A stretch of 64,000 nucleotides of DNA from NCBI GenBank assembly GCA_035342335.1, contig DAOQWY010000007.1, positions 38,162 through 102,161 on the forward strand, written 5' to 3'. This document shows, in pieces, positions 46,028-54,894 of the stretch. A program made the position numbers and the translations under genes. Numbering within the stretch: position 1 is the stretch's first letter; every line of letters begins with the position of its first letter. The notes below the pieces were generated by a model. The model searched no databases and had not been told where the DNA came from. It saw nothing but the letters and a program-made list of their open reading frames with translations. The DNA comes from Bacteroidales bacterium (GTDB lineage: Bacteria; Bacteroidota; Bacteroidia; Bacteroidales; JAGONC01).

Positions 46028-47056
46028 TTATTGATTATTTACAATTTTTCTTTCCAGATCATCGATCCTTTTGATATGATTTTCAAGATTCCGGAAATGA
46101 ACATAGGAAATCTTGAATTTTTTGATATCGAATGCGGGGGCGCCCATCACTGTCTGGTCTGCCTTAATGTTAGTGGACACACCCGATTGGGCAGCGATCT
46201 GAACATTGTCACCGATCACCAGGTGCCCAATGATCCCCACCTGTCCGCCGATGAGGCAGTTCCTGCCGATATGGGTGGATCCGGAGATCCCGGTTTGAGC
46301 AGCGATGACGGTATTTTCACCGATGACCACGTTATGGGCAACCTGTATCAGATTATCCAGCTTGACACCCTTACGTATGATGGTGGAGCCCAGCGTGGCC
46401 CGGTCAACCGTAGAGTTAGCGCCGATCTCCACCTCATCCTCAATGACCACATTCCCAATCTGGACAATCTTGCGGTAGTGATGGTCCTCCTGTGGTGCAA
46501 AACCGAATCCATCCGATCCGACGACCACACCGGGGTGAAGAATGCAGTCACTGCCAACCTGGCACCCCTGCAGGATCCTGACTCCGGGATGAAGGATGGT
46601 CCGGCTGCCAATTGTTACCTTTTCCCCGATGTAAACCTGGGGATGAATCCTGGTCCCGTCTCCGATGACCGCATGTTCACCGATGACACTGAAATCACCG
46701 ATAGATACATCTTTGCCAATGCTGGCAGTGGAAGCCACGGATGCATGCTGTGATATCCCTTTCTTTCCGCCCGTGTACTGGTTATAAATTTCCAGTAACT
46801 GTGCAAAAGCGCTGTAGGGATCCTCAACCCGGATCAGTGTTGCACTGACAGGAAATTCAGCCCTGAAATCTTTCTGAACAATGACAATGGAGGCCCCTGT
46901 TTTGTAAATATAGGGAGTGTATTTTGGGTTGGCCAGGAAGGAGAGGGTGCCGGGATGCCCTTCCTCTATTTTTGAAAGCTGATCGACAGTTGCCTGCGGA
47001 TCTCCGTCCACGGTGCCATGAAGGATTCCTGCGATCTGGTTGGCGGTAAAATGCAT
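46028..47056 (-). CDS. lpxD: UDP-3-O-acylglucosamine N-acyltransferase
   Basis: MHFTANQIAGILHGTVDGD...LSFLANPKY, hexapeptide repeats and a C-terminal helix. First gene of the lpxD-lpxC/fabZ-lpxA run. Confidence 0.9.
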   Translation of the reverse strand: MHFTANQIAGILHGTVDGDPQATVDQLSKIEEGHPGTLSFLANPKYTPYIYKTGASIVIVQKDFRAEFPVSATLIRVEDPYSAFAQLLEIYNQYTGGKKGISQHASVASTASIGKDVSIGDFSVIGEHAVIGDGTRIHPQVYIGEKVTIGSRTILHPGVRILQGCQVGSDCILHPGVVVGSDGFGFAPQEDHHYRKIVQIGNVVIEDEVEIGANSTVDRATLGSTIIRKGVKLDNLIQVAHNVVIGENTVIAAQTGISGSTHIGRNCLIGGQVGIIGHLVIGDNVQIAAQSGVSTNIKADQTVMGAPAFDIKKFKISYVHFRNLENHIKRIDDLERKIVNNQ

Positions 47057-47102
47057 CTGTTCAGGTGTTGTATTTATTTTCGGGCAAAGATAGGGTGAAT
47101 AT

Positions 47103-48371
47103 TTAGGACGGGAGACGGTTCAAATTCAAATTTTTCGGATAGCATAAATAATACTTCGTGACCATCCTGGATAACAGGGCAACGCTCAGCTGTTCGGAGG
47201 CGCTTTCCAGTTCGGTGATCCTGCCGTCCCTGTTCAATACCTTGATCCCATCGGTGTACTGATCATAGGCCTTGTTGGAGATAAGATCGGTATATACCAG
47301 GTAATCACATTCTTCCAGCGGTATCCGGAATGCCCGGGCAACCATCTCCTTTATCTTCAGGACTTCCGCCGGTTCAAAAGGAGCATTTCGTATTTCAATT
47401 TTAAACAGATTCCTCATCACCAATCCATTGCAAAGTAACGAAAGAGTCTTATCAGGGTGCGACGCCCAAACTTTTACCGAGGTGAAAATATCCGTGTCGT
47501 CCAGCTCTGAAAAGGTCTCAAGCAAGTCAGGACGATCTGCAAGGTCCTGTATTGTCAGGTCATTTTTTAAAAATACGGAAAGAGCAGGGGTCATGAACAG
47601 GTCATTTCCCCTGGAAATCAACTCCCGGGCCCGTTCCAGCAGGCTGGTGAGCATTTTTTCTGCTGCAATCACGGTTTTGTGCAGGTAAACCTGCCAGTAC
47701 ATTAGCCGGCGCGCCACAATGAATTTCTCAATGGAGTAAATTCCCTTTGCTTCCACCACCAGTTCATCATCCACCACGTTGAGCATATCGATGATCCGGT
47801 CGGTATTGACCACTCCTTCGGAGACCCCGGTGTAAAAACTGTCCCTCCGGAGAAAATCCAGCCGGTCGACATCCAGCTGGCTGGACACCAGCTGATGAAG
47901 GAATTTGCTAGAATGTTTGCCTGTGAAAATATCCTGCGCCAGAACAAGGTCTGCTGTTTTTTGACTGTTGAGCGATTTCATATAGAGCAACGACAGGTCT
48001 TCGTGGGAAAGCCGGTGGACAATTCTGCCCTCCAGAGTATGGGAATAGGGGCAATGCCCTATGTCGTGCAGCAAAATGGCCAGCAGGGCACCCTTCTCTT
48101 CCTCGGCGGTGACCGGGATCCCCTTGAAACGAAGCGCCTCGATCGCCTTCTTCATCAGGAACGTCGCACCCAGGGAATGATGAAACCGTGTATGGAGAGC
48201 GCCGGGATAGACCAGGTCGGTCAACCCGAGTTGCCTGATACGGCGAAGCCGCTGAAAATAAGGATGCTCAACGACATTGAACAACGACTCGTCTGATATG
48301 GTGACGAACCCATATACCGGGTCATTGAAAATTTTTCTCCTGTTAAATGAGGACGACCTTCCTGTATTCAT
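47103..48371 (-). CDS. HD-domain phosphohydrolase (dNTP triphosphohydrolase/SAMHD1-like family)
   Basis: NDPVYGFVTI...HPYFQRLRRIRQLG...HTRFHHSLG...LLHDIGHCPYSH...DVDRLDFLRRD are typical HD superfamily motifs. This is a conserved neighbour of lpxD in Bacteroidota. Confidence 0.8.
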   Translation of the reverse strand: MNTGRSSSFNRRKIFNDPVYGFVTISDESLFNVVEHPYFQRLRRIRQLGLTDLVYPGALHTRFHHSLGATFLMKKAIEALRFKGIPVTAEEEKGALLAILLHDIGHCPYSHTLEGRIVHRLSHEDLSLLYMKSLNSQKTADLVLAQDIFTGKHSSKFLHQLVSSQLDVDRLDFLRRDSFYTGVSEGVVNTDRIIDMLNVVDDELVVEAKGIYSIEKFIVARRLMYWQVYLHKTVIAAEKMLTSLLERARELISRGNDLFMTPALSVFLKNDLTIQDLADRPDLLETFSELDDTDIFTSVKVWASHPDKTLSLLCNGLVMRNLFKIEIRNAPFEPAEVLKIKEMVARAFRIPLEECDYLVYTDLISNKAYDQYTDGIKVLNRDGRITELESASEQLSVALLSRMVTKYYLCYPKNLNLNRLPS

Positions 48372-48534
48372 TAACTTTGTATGAATAAAAAATAAGCGTT
48401 CGGGACAATAAAATCCAATTTTACGACTTTATTTTAATAAAACCAAAGCTTACCTGAAGAAAGGTGCCTTCCTGTACCGGCTGCTCCTGATTCAGTGACC
48501 GGTTCAATCATTATGTTCAACTTAATCTATTACG

Positions 48535-50085
48535 ATGGCGATACAGATTTTATGGGTAGATGATGAGATTGATATGCTCAAACCGCATATCATGTTCCTG
48601 CAGGAAAAAGGTTATGATGTTTACACCTCCAACAATGGCGATGAAGGGTTGGAATTACTGAATAGCCGTTTGTTTGACATTGTTTTTCTGGATGAACAGA
48701 TGCCGGGGTTGTCAGGGATAGAAACCCTTACCCTGATGAAGAACAAATATCCGAACCTGCCCATCGTGATGATCACCAAAAGCGAAGAGGAGGCCATTAT
48801 GGAGGATGCGATCGGATCAAAGATATCCGACTATCTGATCAAGCCTGTCAACCCCAAGCAGATCCTTCTCTGTCTGAAAAAGAACCTGGAAACGAAAAAG
48901 CTGGTGAGCGAGAAGACTTCCCTTACTTACCAGCAGGAATTTCATACGATCGGTTCGGAGATCTCCGTGGATCTTACATACACTCAATGGATTGAAATCT
49001 ACAGGAAGCTTGTTTACTGGGAACTGGAGCTCAACAAGGCCCAGGATGATCAAATTGCCGATATCTTGCGGCTCCAGAAAGAAGAGGCCAACCGGGTATT
49101 TTCAAGGTTCATCGAATCCAATTACCTGGGATGGGTCAGCGCCAGGATGCCGGATCGTCCCACCATGTCCCATACATTATTAAAAGATAAACTATTTCCG
49201 CTGCTCAACGGGAACAAACCTTATTTCCTGATCCTGATCGATAATCTTCGTTATGATCAGTGGAAAACCATCCAGCCGATCATCGAAGAGTATTACAGGG
49301 TTGAGCAGGATGAACTGTATTACAGTATCCTTCCCACGACCACTCAATATGCGCGGAATTCACTTTTTGCAGGTCTGATGCCTTCGGAGATCGCCAGGAA
49401 GTATCCCCAGTACTGGGTTGATGAAGAAGATGAGGGCACCAAGAATCAGTTTGAAGGCGAACTTCTGGGTGAGCAACTCAAACGTTATGGAAAGGATATC
49501 CGGTATTCGTACAACAAGGTGCTCAATCTGACCGTTGGCCGAAAGCTGGCTGATTCGTTGCCCAATCTGCTTGGAAACCGGCTGAACGTGATCGTCTATA
49601 ATTTTGTTGACATGCTTTCCCACGCGCGTACCGAGATGGAGATCATCCGTGAACTGGCGGATGATGAGCCGGCTTACCGCTCCATCACCCGGTCGTGGTT
49701 CGAGCACTCGCCGTTGCTCGATATTTTTCAGTATCTGTCGGATAAAAAGATCCCTCTGATCATCACCACCGATCACGGTTCCGTCAGGGTTCAGAATCCG
49801 GTGAAAGTGGTCGGTGACCGTAACACGACCACCAATCTCAGGTATAAAAGCGGCAGGGCACTGAATTTTAAGGAGAAAGAAGTATATGAGATCAGGAATC
49901 CGGAAGATGCCTACCTCCCACGTTCCAACGTCAGCTCTTCCTATATCTTCTGCCGGCGTAATGATTTCTTTGCTTACCCCAATAATTATAATTATTACGT
50001 TAACTACTATAAAAATACTTTTCAGCATGGTGGCATTTCCATTGAGGAGATGCTGGTTCCTTTTATAACTTTGTCGCCAAAATAG
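48535..50085 (+). CDS. porX: PorX-type response regulator (CheY receiver + PglZ/alkaline-phosphatase-superfamily domain), T9SS regulator
   Basis: ILWVDDEIDMLKPHIMFLQEKGYDV...FLDEQMPGLSG...KPV is the receiver. LILIDNLRYDQW...TDHGS is PglZ. 516 aa, as in PorX proteins. Confidence 0.8.
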   Translation: MAIQILWVDDEIDMLKPHIMFLQEKGYDVYTSNNGDEGLELLNSRLFDIVFLDEQMPGLSGIETLTLMKNKYPNLPIVMITKSEEEAIMEDAIGSKISDYLIKPVNPKQILLCLKKNLETKKLVSEKTSLTYQQEFHTIGSEISVDLTYTQWIEIYRKLVYWELELNKAQDDQIADILRLQKEEANRVFSRFIESNYLGWVSARMPDRPTMSHTLLKDKLFPLLNGNKPYFLILIDNLRYDQWKTIQPIIEEYYRVEQDELYYSILPTTTQYARNSLFAGLMPSEIARKYPQYWVDEEDEGTKNQFEGELLGEQLKRYGKDIRYSYNKVLNLTVGRKLADSLPNLLGNRLNVIVYNFVDMLSHARTEMEIIRELADDEPAYRSITRSWFEHSPLLDIFQYLSDKKIPLIITTDHGSVRVQNPVKVVGDRNTTTNLRYKSGRALNFKEKEVYEIRNPEDAYLPRSNVSSSYIFCRRNDFFAYPNNYNYYVNYYKNTFQHGGISIEEMLVPFITLSPK

Positions 50086-50096
50086 CCACCTCTCGA

Positions 50097-50513
50097 ATGG
50101 ACACACTGCGATGCGACAGTGTCGAAGATTTGGATCAAGTGTCGATGGAACTGCTGCGCCGGTATCCGGATCAGCGGGTCTTCGGATTCTACGGACAGTT
50201 AGGTGCCGGGAAGACCGCCCTGATCAAGAACCTGTGCAGGCATCTGGATGTCGTGGATATGGTCAGCAGTCCCACCTTTTCCATTATCAACGAGTACCGC
50301 ACCCGGACAGGGCAATCGGTGTATCATATGGATTTTTACAGGCTGAAGAGCTGCAGGGAGCTTCTGGATATCGGAGGAGAAGAGTACTTTGACAGCGGGT
50401 GCTATTGTTTGATTGAGTGGCCCGAAAAATTCGAAGAACTTTTACCGGATAATTGCGTATACATAAAAATTCAGGCCGACGAGACAAATCACAGCCGGAT
50501 CATACAGCTTTAG
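50097..50513 (+). CDS. tsaE: tRNA t6A37 threonylcarbamoyladenosine biosynthesis protein TsaE
   Basis: GQLGAGKTALIKNLCRHL...VSSPTFSIINEY...HMDFYRL...LIEWPE. Confidence 0.85.
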   Translation: MDTLRCDSVEDLDQVSMELLRRYPDQRVFGFYGQLGAGKTALIKNLCRHLDVVDMVSSPTFSIINEYRTRTGQSVYHMDFYRLKSCRELLDIGGEEYFDSGCYCLIEWPEKFEELLPDNCVYIKIQADETNHSRIIQL

Positions 50514-50546
50514 GGCTTGTGACAGGTGTTCAGACCGATTGGAACG

Positions 50547-51767
50547 ATGCAGGAACAGGGAAACATTTACAATTTTTCCGGTGCGGAAGGGTTGATGCCG
50601 AAGGAGGAGACCCTGGAGGTCGCTCAGCGGAAAAGCCGCATCCGGATTGGCGTTCCGAAAGAAATTCACTATCAGGAGAAACGGATCCCCCTGGTACCGC
50701 AGGGTGTCGGTCTTCTGGTGGCCAGTGGTCACGAAGTCGTGATCGAAGCCGACGCGGGCAAGGCCGCCAACTTTTCCAATGAGCAATATGGCGACGCAGG
50801 CGCTCATATCGTTTATTCCCCGGAAGAGGTCTTTAAAACGGATATCATCCTAAAAATAGCTCCTCCCTCCCTTGCCGAGACAGAGCTGCTCACCTCACGC
50901 CAGACCCTGATCTCTGCGCTGCATCTGGCCGGGCAGTCGTTTGACTATTTCAGGATGCTGATGAACAGGAAGATGGTGGCCATAGCCTTTGAGTACATCA
51001 TGGACAAAACCCATACGTATCCGGTTCTGCGCACCACCAGTGAGATCGTTGGGAATGCTGCCATCATGATCGCCGCGGGCTACCTGGCAGACACCAGGAA
51101 CGGAACCGGTTGCATGCTGGGTGGTTTCTCGGGAATTGCACCCACCGAAGTGGTCGTTTTGGGCGCTGGCACCGTGGGCGAGTACGCCGCAAGGGCAGCA
51201 CTGGGCCTGGGAGCATCGGTCAAAGTGTTCGACAATTCCGTTTACCGGTTACGCAGGATACAGAATGATCTTTCGACCCGGATCTTTACCTCGATCCTTC
51301 AACCGGGCATCCTGCTGAGTTCGTTGAAACGGGCCGACATTGTCATCGGTGCCATGCATTCCCCCGAGGGAAGGGCCCCCATCGTCGTGTCTGAAGACAT
51401 GGTGCAAAAAATGAAAAGAGGGGCTGTCATTGTCGATGTGAGCATCGACCAGGGTGGATGTGTCGAAACCTCACGCGTCACCTCACATAACGAACCGGTC
51501 TTCAGAAAACATGACATCACACACTATTGCGTTCCCAACATAGCTTCCAGCGTTCCTCATACGGCATCGTACGCTCTCAGCAACTATTTTGCGCCAACTC
51601 TGCTGCGCCTGGGTGAAGCGGGAAATATCGTAAATTTGCTGAAAGCAGATAAGGATTTCAGGCAGGGTGTGTACCTCATTGGGGGAACCCTCACAAAAAG
51701 TATCATCAGTGATCAGTTTCATTTGCCATTTCAGGATATTGATCTGTTGATGGCAGCATTTCATTAA
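50547..51767 (+). CDS. alanine dehydrogenase / PNT-family NAD(H)-binding protein
   Basis: IRIGVPKEIHYQEKRIPLVPQGV is the AlaDH/PNT N-domain, and VVVLGAGTVGEYAARAA is the Rossmann motif. The start is uncertain (GTG 50526, ATG 50547 or ATG 50595). Confidence 0.7.
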   Translation: MQEQGNIYNFSGAEGLMPKEETLEVAQRKSRIRIGVPKEIHYQEKRIPLVPQGVGLLVASGHEVVIEADAGKAANFSNEQYGDAGAHIVYSPEEVFKTDIILKIAPPSLAETELLTSRQTLISALHLAGQSFDYFRMLMNRKMVAIAFEYIMDKTHTYPVLRTTSEIVGNAAIMIAAGYLADTRNGTGCMLGGFSGIAPTEVVVLGAGTVGEYAARAALGLGASVKVFDNSVYRLRRIQNDLSTRIFTSILQPGILLSSLKRADIVIGAMHSPEGRAPIVVSEDMVQKMKRGAVIVDVSIDQGGCVETSRVTSHNEPVFRKHDITHYCVPNIASSVPHTASYALSNYFAPTLLRLGEAGNIVNLLKADKDFRQGVYLIGGTLTKSIISDQFHLPFQDIDLLMAAFH

Positions 51768-51777
51768 ACAGTCAGGT

Positions 51778-52860
51778 ATGGCAGTGCGAATTCTCAGAGC
51801 AGAATCCTATCCGATTGTCGTCGGAGAAGATATTTTCGAAGAAATCCAGACACATCTGCGCGAGCCGGAAATGAGGGATTCCAGGTTCATCATCCTGGTG
51901 GACGAGAACACCCGGAATTTGTGTCTTCCGATGCTGACCGCGAAACTGGAACAGCTGAAGGATTGCGCGGTCATGGAGGTTCCCGGCGGCGAAGACCACA
52001 AGAATATCCAGACCTGCGTTGAGATCTGGCAGAACCTGATTCATCTCAAGGCTGACAAAGGCACTGTACTGGTCAACATCGGCGGCGGAGTGCTCACCGA
52101 TATGGCAGGATTCATTGCAGCGACCTTCAGACGAGGGATACGGTTCATCAATTTTCCCACCACACTCGTTGGTCAGATCGATGCAGCCTTTGGTGGTAAG
52201 GTGGGTGTGAACCTGGGAGGACTTAAGAACCAGATCGGTGTCTTTGCCGACCCTGCTGCCGTGTACATTTATCCCCTCTTTTTGAAGACCCTGCCCGCTA
52301 AAGAAAAGCTCAGCGGATTTGCAGAAGTGGTCAAATATGCCCTGATCATGGATCAACACTTCTGGAAACTGCTGAAAAATGTCAATTTCGCTCAGATCAA
52401 TCTCTGGGATGACATAATCTACCGGTCTGTCGAAATCAAGAACAGGATCGTAAAGAATGATCCTTATGAAAAGCGGCTGAGAAAACGTTTGAATTTCGGC
52501 CATACGATCGGTCAGGCCTTTGAAACGATCGCCCTGGGTAAACAGGATGCAACCATGTCCCACGGTACCGGTGTGGCCATGGGAATCATCTGCGAAACAT
52601 TTCTCTCCTGCAGGATGAAAGGTTTGCAGTGGGAGATCATGGAAGAGATTGCCAGCTACATGCTGGAGAACTTTCCGTATTATCCGCTGGATGAACAGGA
52701 CGTGGAGCGCATCCTGAAGGTTCTTCAGCAGGATAAAAAAAATGCCGGCGACGCCATAAATTTTACCCTTCTTCCTTCTTTGGGTCACGCTTTAATTGAC
52801 CAGTACTGCACACCGGAGGATATCCTGAGTTGCCTGCAGTTCTACCGGGAACTCGACTGA
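51778..52860 (+). CDS. aroB: 3-dehydroquinate synthase
   Basis: GGGVLTDMAGFIAATFRRGIRFINFPTTLVGQIDAAFGGKVGVN, NFGHTIGQA and HGTGVAMG are AroB motifs. Confidence 0.9.
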   Translation: MAVRILRAESYPIVVGEDIFEEIQTHLREPEMRDSRFIILVDENTRNLCLPMLTAKLEQLKDCAVMEVPGGEDHKNIQTCVEIWQNLIHLKADKGTVLVNIGGGVLTDMAGFIAATFRRGIRFINFPTTLVGQIDAAFGGKVGVNLGGLKNQIGVFADPAAVYIYPLFLKTLPAKEKLSGFAEVVKYALIMDQHFWKLLKNVNFAQINLWDDIIYRSVEIKNRIVKNDPYEKRLRKRLNFGHTIGQAFETIALGKQDATMSHGTGVAMGIICETFLSCRMKGLQWEIMEEIASYMLENFPYYPLDEQDVERILKVLQQDKKNAGDAINFTLLPSLGHALIDQYCTPEDILSCLQFYRELD

Positions 52861-52934
52861 CCGGATCCTTATCCCCGCTGAGTTACTCTCCGCTGAAAGC
52901 GTATGAATCCGGCCATTGTATCCTTAAATATCGT

Positions 52935-52942
52935 TACTTTTG
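52935..52942 (+). promoter_or_regulatory. candidate -7 box TACTTTTG upstream of the LutA-like gene
   Basis: TAnnTTTG match 25 nt upstream of the ATG at 52967. Confidence 0.4.
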
Positions 52943-52966
52943 CCCGGTGGAGTTAAGCAGGCAATT

Positions 52967-53692
52967 ATGAACCAAGAAGTGGATCTGTTCATCCCCTGTT
53001 TCATTGACCAGATCTTCCCTGAAACCGCAATAAACATGGTCAGGGTGCTCAGAAAATGCGGTGTAGGGGTGCGATACAATGATCAGCAGACTTGCTGCGG
53101 TCAGATGGCTTTCAATGCAGGTCACTGGGATGAGGCAAAAGCCATGGGGGAGAAGTTCATCAGGGATTTCAGCCATTCAGGGTGGGTCGTTGGCCCATCC
53201 GCTTCCTGTGTGGGCTATGTCCGCAATTATTACCGCACGCTGTTTCATAACAGCGCCTATCACATTGAGTACAAACAGCTGGTCGGCAAGATCTATGAAT
53301 TCACTGATTTTCTGGTGAATGTGGCCCATTGTACGGATTTTGGCGCCCGCTTCGACGCCGTGGTCACCTACCATGATTCCTGTGCCGCACTGCGCGAATA
53401 TGGCATCCGGGAGGAGCCGCGGATCCTCCTGTCCCGTGTGAAAGGCCTTGAACTTCGTGAAATGAAAAATACGGATGAGTGCTGCGGGTTCGGGGGAATG
53501 TTCTCCGTGAAATTTGAACCAATCGCCGTTGCGATGGCTGAGCAGAAGGTGCATCACGCACTGGATACGGGAGCTTCATACATTGTCTCGACCGACGCAT
53601 CCTGCCTGATGCATCAATGGGGGTACATTCAAAAACACCAGTTGCCCATCAAGGTCATTCACATTGCGGATGTGCTGGCCTCCGGCTGGTAG
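52967..53692 (+). CDS. (Fe-S)-binding CCG-domain protein, LutA-like
   Basis: VDLFIPCFIDQIFPETAINMVRVLRKCGV...QTCCGQMAFNAG plus a second CCG motif (ECCGFGGMFS). ATG at 52967 has a TACTTTTG box 25 nt upstream. No lutB/lutC next to it. Confidence 0.7.
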   Translation: MNQEVDLFIPCFIDQIFPETAINMVRVLRKCGVGVRYNDQQTCCGQMAFNAGHWDEAKAMGEKFIRDFSHSGWVVGPSASCVGYVRNYYRTLFHNSAYHIEYKQLVGKIYEFTDFLVNVAHCTDFGARFDAVVTYHDSCAALREYGIREEPRILLSRVKGLELREMKNTDECCGFGGMFSVKFEPIAVAMAEQKVHHALDTGASYIVSTDASCLMHQWGYIQKHQLPIKVIHIADVLASGW

Positions 53693-53697
53693 TGCTT

Positions 53698-54489
53698 TCA
53701 GTTGTATCGCTTGCCGAAAGATACACTCAGGAACAAAGTCAGGAAATAATATTCCTTACCGTTGTAGGCCATCACCGGGATGGGATTCGGAAAAACATCG
53801 ATCATGGCTCCCAGCTCCAGATTTTTGATCGTGGTATTATAGGTGCCAAAGTCAAAAGAGAATCCTGCCTTTACATAAAGACCGGGATAAAATTTCATCT
53901 CGTTGAACCCCTTCATAAAGGAAGCCCTGCCGTAGATGTTATCCGTGAAATGCTCATCCGGGTCGTACTTTTCAGTGGTAAGTCTATATTCGTAATAATA
54001 CGATGAGATGGAGACCAGGTTGATGATGTTCAGGTAAACCGGTTTGGCCATTCCGATGGATGCGCCTCCGATGTAGAAGTACCTTAATTCAACTCCGCCC
54101 CAGTAGGGCTTGGTGGCGATCAAACGCTGGAACCCGTAACCTCCGCGCAGGATGAAAACGCTGTTCAGCTTGCCATAAGCATAGCTTTTGGCATTGGTAA
54201 AATAAGGATTGATAACACGGATTTCCTTGGGCGACCGCACATCCACCAGACTGAAATCCAGCAGGCGTTTCTTGACGTAATTGACGTTTTTCCCTTTCTG
54301 AAACTCAATGCCAAATCCCTGGGAGTGAAGGATGATCCCCCCTGAGGTTTCTTTGGTCAAAAGAACACTGTCGCTGAACTCAAGAAAACCCTCCCCGTCA
54401 TCCCTGAAGATATCCTGCTGCGCAGCCAGTTGGGCGGAACAGATGGCTATCAATACCACGATCACTCCTGTACGAAAAAACGAAATCAT
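53698..54489 (-). CDS. secreted beta-rich protein, possible outer-membrane beta-barrel, unknown function
   Basis: Start trimmed to the ATG at 54489 (MISFFRTGVIVVLIAICSAQLAAQ signal peptide), with a TATATTTG box 21 nt upstream. Alternating hydrophobic pattern and a C-terminal ...LFLSVSFGKRYN. Confidence 0.5.
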   Translation of the reverse strand: MISFFRTGVIVVLIAICSAQLAAQQDIFRDDGEGFLEFSDSVLLTKETSGGIILHSQGFGIEFQKGKNVNYVKKRLLDFSLVDVRSPKEIRVINPYFTNAKSYAYGKLNSVFILRGGYGFQRLIATKPYWGGVELRYFYIGGASIGMAKPVYLNIINLVSISSYYYEYRLTTEKYDPDEHFTDNIYGRASFMKGFNEMKFYPGLYVKAGFSFDFGTYNTTIKNLELGAMIDVFPNPIPVMAYNGKEYYFLTLFLSVSFGKRYN

Positions 54490-54509
54490 AAAAGTGGATG
54501 AAAGACTCT

Positions 54510-54517
54510 CAAATATA
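54510..54517 (-). promoter_or_regulatory. candidate -7 box TATATTTG upstream of the beta-rich secreted protein gene
   Basis: TAnnTTTG match on the minus strand, 21 nt upstream of the ATG at 54489. Confidence 0.4.
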
Positions 54518-54520
54518 CGC

Positions 54521-54548
54521 TTTTTTTTTTGAGAATGGGGAAAAAAAA
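54521..54548. repeat. T10 (54521-54530) and A8 (54541-54548) homopolymers separated by GAGAATGGGG
   Basis: Counted directly. On the minus strand, the A10 abuts the TATATTTG -7 box of the 53698-54489 gene. Confidence 0.85.
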
Positions 54549-54586
54549 CGGGAAATATCCGATCAGATCCGGAAGAAACGAACGAA

Positions 54587-54730
54587 TCAATACTTCTGTT
54601 CAATTTGAAATTTTTGTGTTTCTCCATATGCCGGACATTTTTCCCTTGTCTTGCACGAAGAAATGACCATGATCACCAGGATCGAGGCAATGATCAGCAC
54701 CGCTGCTTTTTTCATTCGAATACCCATCAT
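54587..54730 (-). CDS. small (47 aa) putative lipoprotein, not in the ORF track
   Basis: Reverse-strand ORF MMGIRMKKAAVLIIASILVIMVISSCKTREKCPAYGETQKFQIEQKY*. It has a signal peptide plus lipobox (ISSC). A TAATTTTG -7 box (54753-54760) lies 23 nt upstream of the ATG at 54730. Alternative ATG at 54715. Confidence 0.5.
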   Translation of the reverse strand: MMGIRMKKAAVLIIASILVIMVISSCKTREKCPAYGETQKFQIEQKY

Positions 54731-54752
54731 GATTACGTTGTTAAAGGAACAG

Positions 54753-54760
54753 CAAAATTA
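54753..54760 (-). promoter_or_regulatory. candidate -7 box TAATTTTG upstream of the small lipoprotein ORF
   Basis: TAnnTTTG match on the minus strand, 23 nt upstream of the ATG at 54730. Confidence 0.4.
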
Positions 54761-54894
54761 GCCAAACTAAACTACATAACAAATTTTTTCAAAACTTATT
54801 GTTTACGTACTATCTTTCATTGCCCACTCCCCACGTTGGTTGTGACCAACCGGTAATTTTTGTATCTTTCCAGCTGATTTAAAATGAGACGTCA

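Noticed and set aside
45965-46753. 262-aa plus-strand ORF antisense to lpxD. Similar long antisense ORFs lie at 44123-44593 (lpxA) and 40135-40591 (lpxD paralogue).
   Set aside because: Hexapeptide-repeat genes routinely produce long open antisense frames. The sense-strand LpxD and LpxA assignments are strong.
48372-48534. 163-nt AT-rich spacer between the HD gene and porX (also 28966-29120 and 54731-54894), checked for tRNA or small-RNA genes and riboswitch-like structure.
   Set aside because: No cloverleaf-compatible stems and no conserved riboswitch cores that I recognise. These are divergent promoter regions. I cannot exclude small RNAs without covariance-model searches.
49360-50106. 248-aa minus-strand ORF antisense to porX. 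Comparable antisense ORFs lie at 57996-58868 (fucosidase), 41103-41726 (efp), 38724-39320 (O-antigen-ligase-like), 8001-8603 (HD-TM gene) and 30874-31377.
   Set aside because: Each is fully embedded opposite a confidently identified or clearly membrane-protein-coding gene and has no motifs, so these are shadow ORFs.
51772-52788. 338-aa ORF on the minus strand that spans almost all of aroB.
   Set aside because: It is fully antisense to a gene with unmistakable AroB motifs. Its own translation has no recognisable motifs and a low-complexity, His/Asp/Gly-rich composition typical of shadow ORFs.
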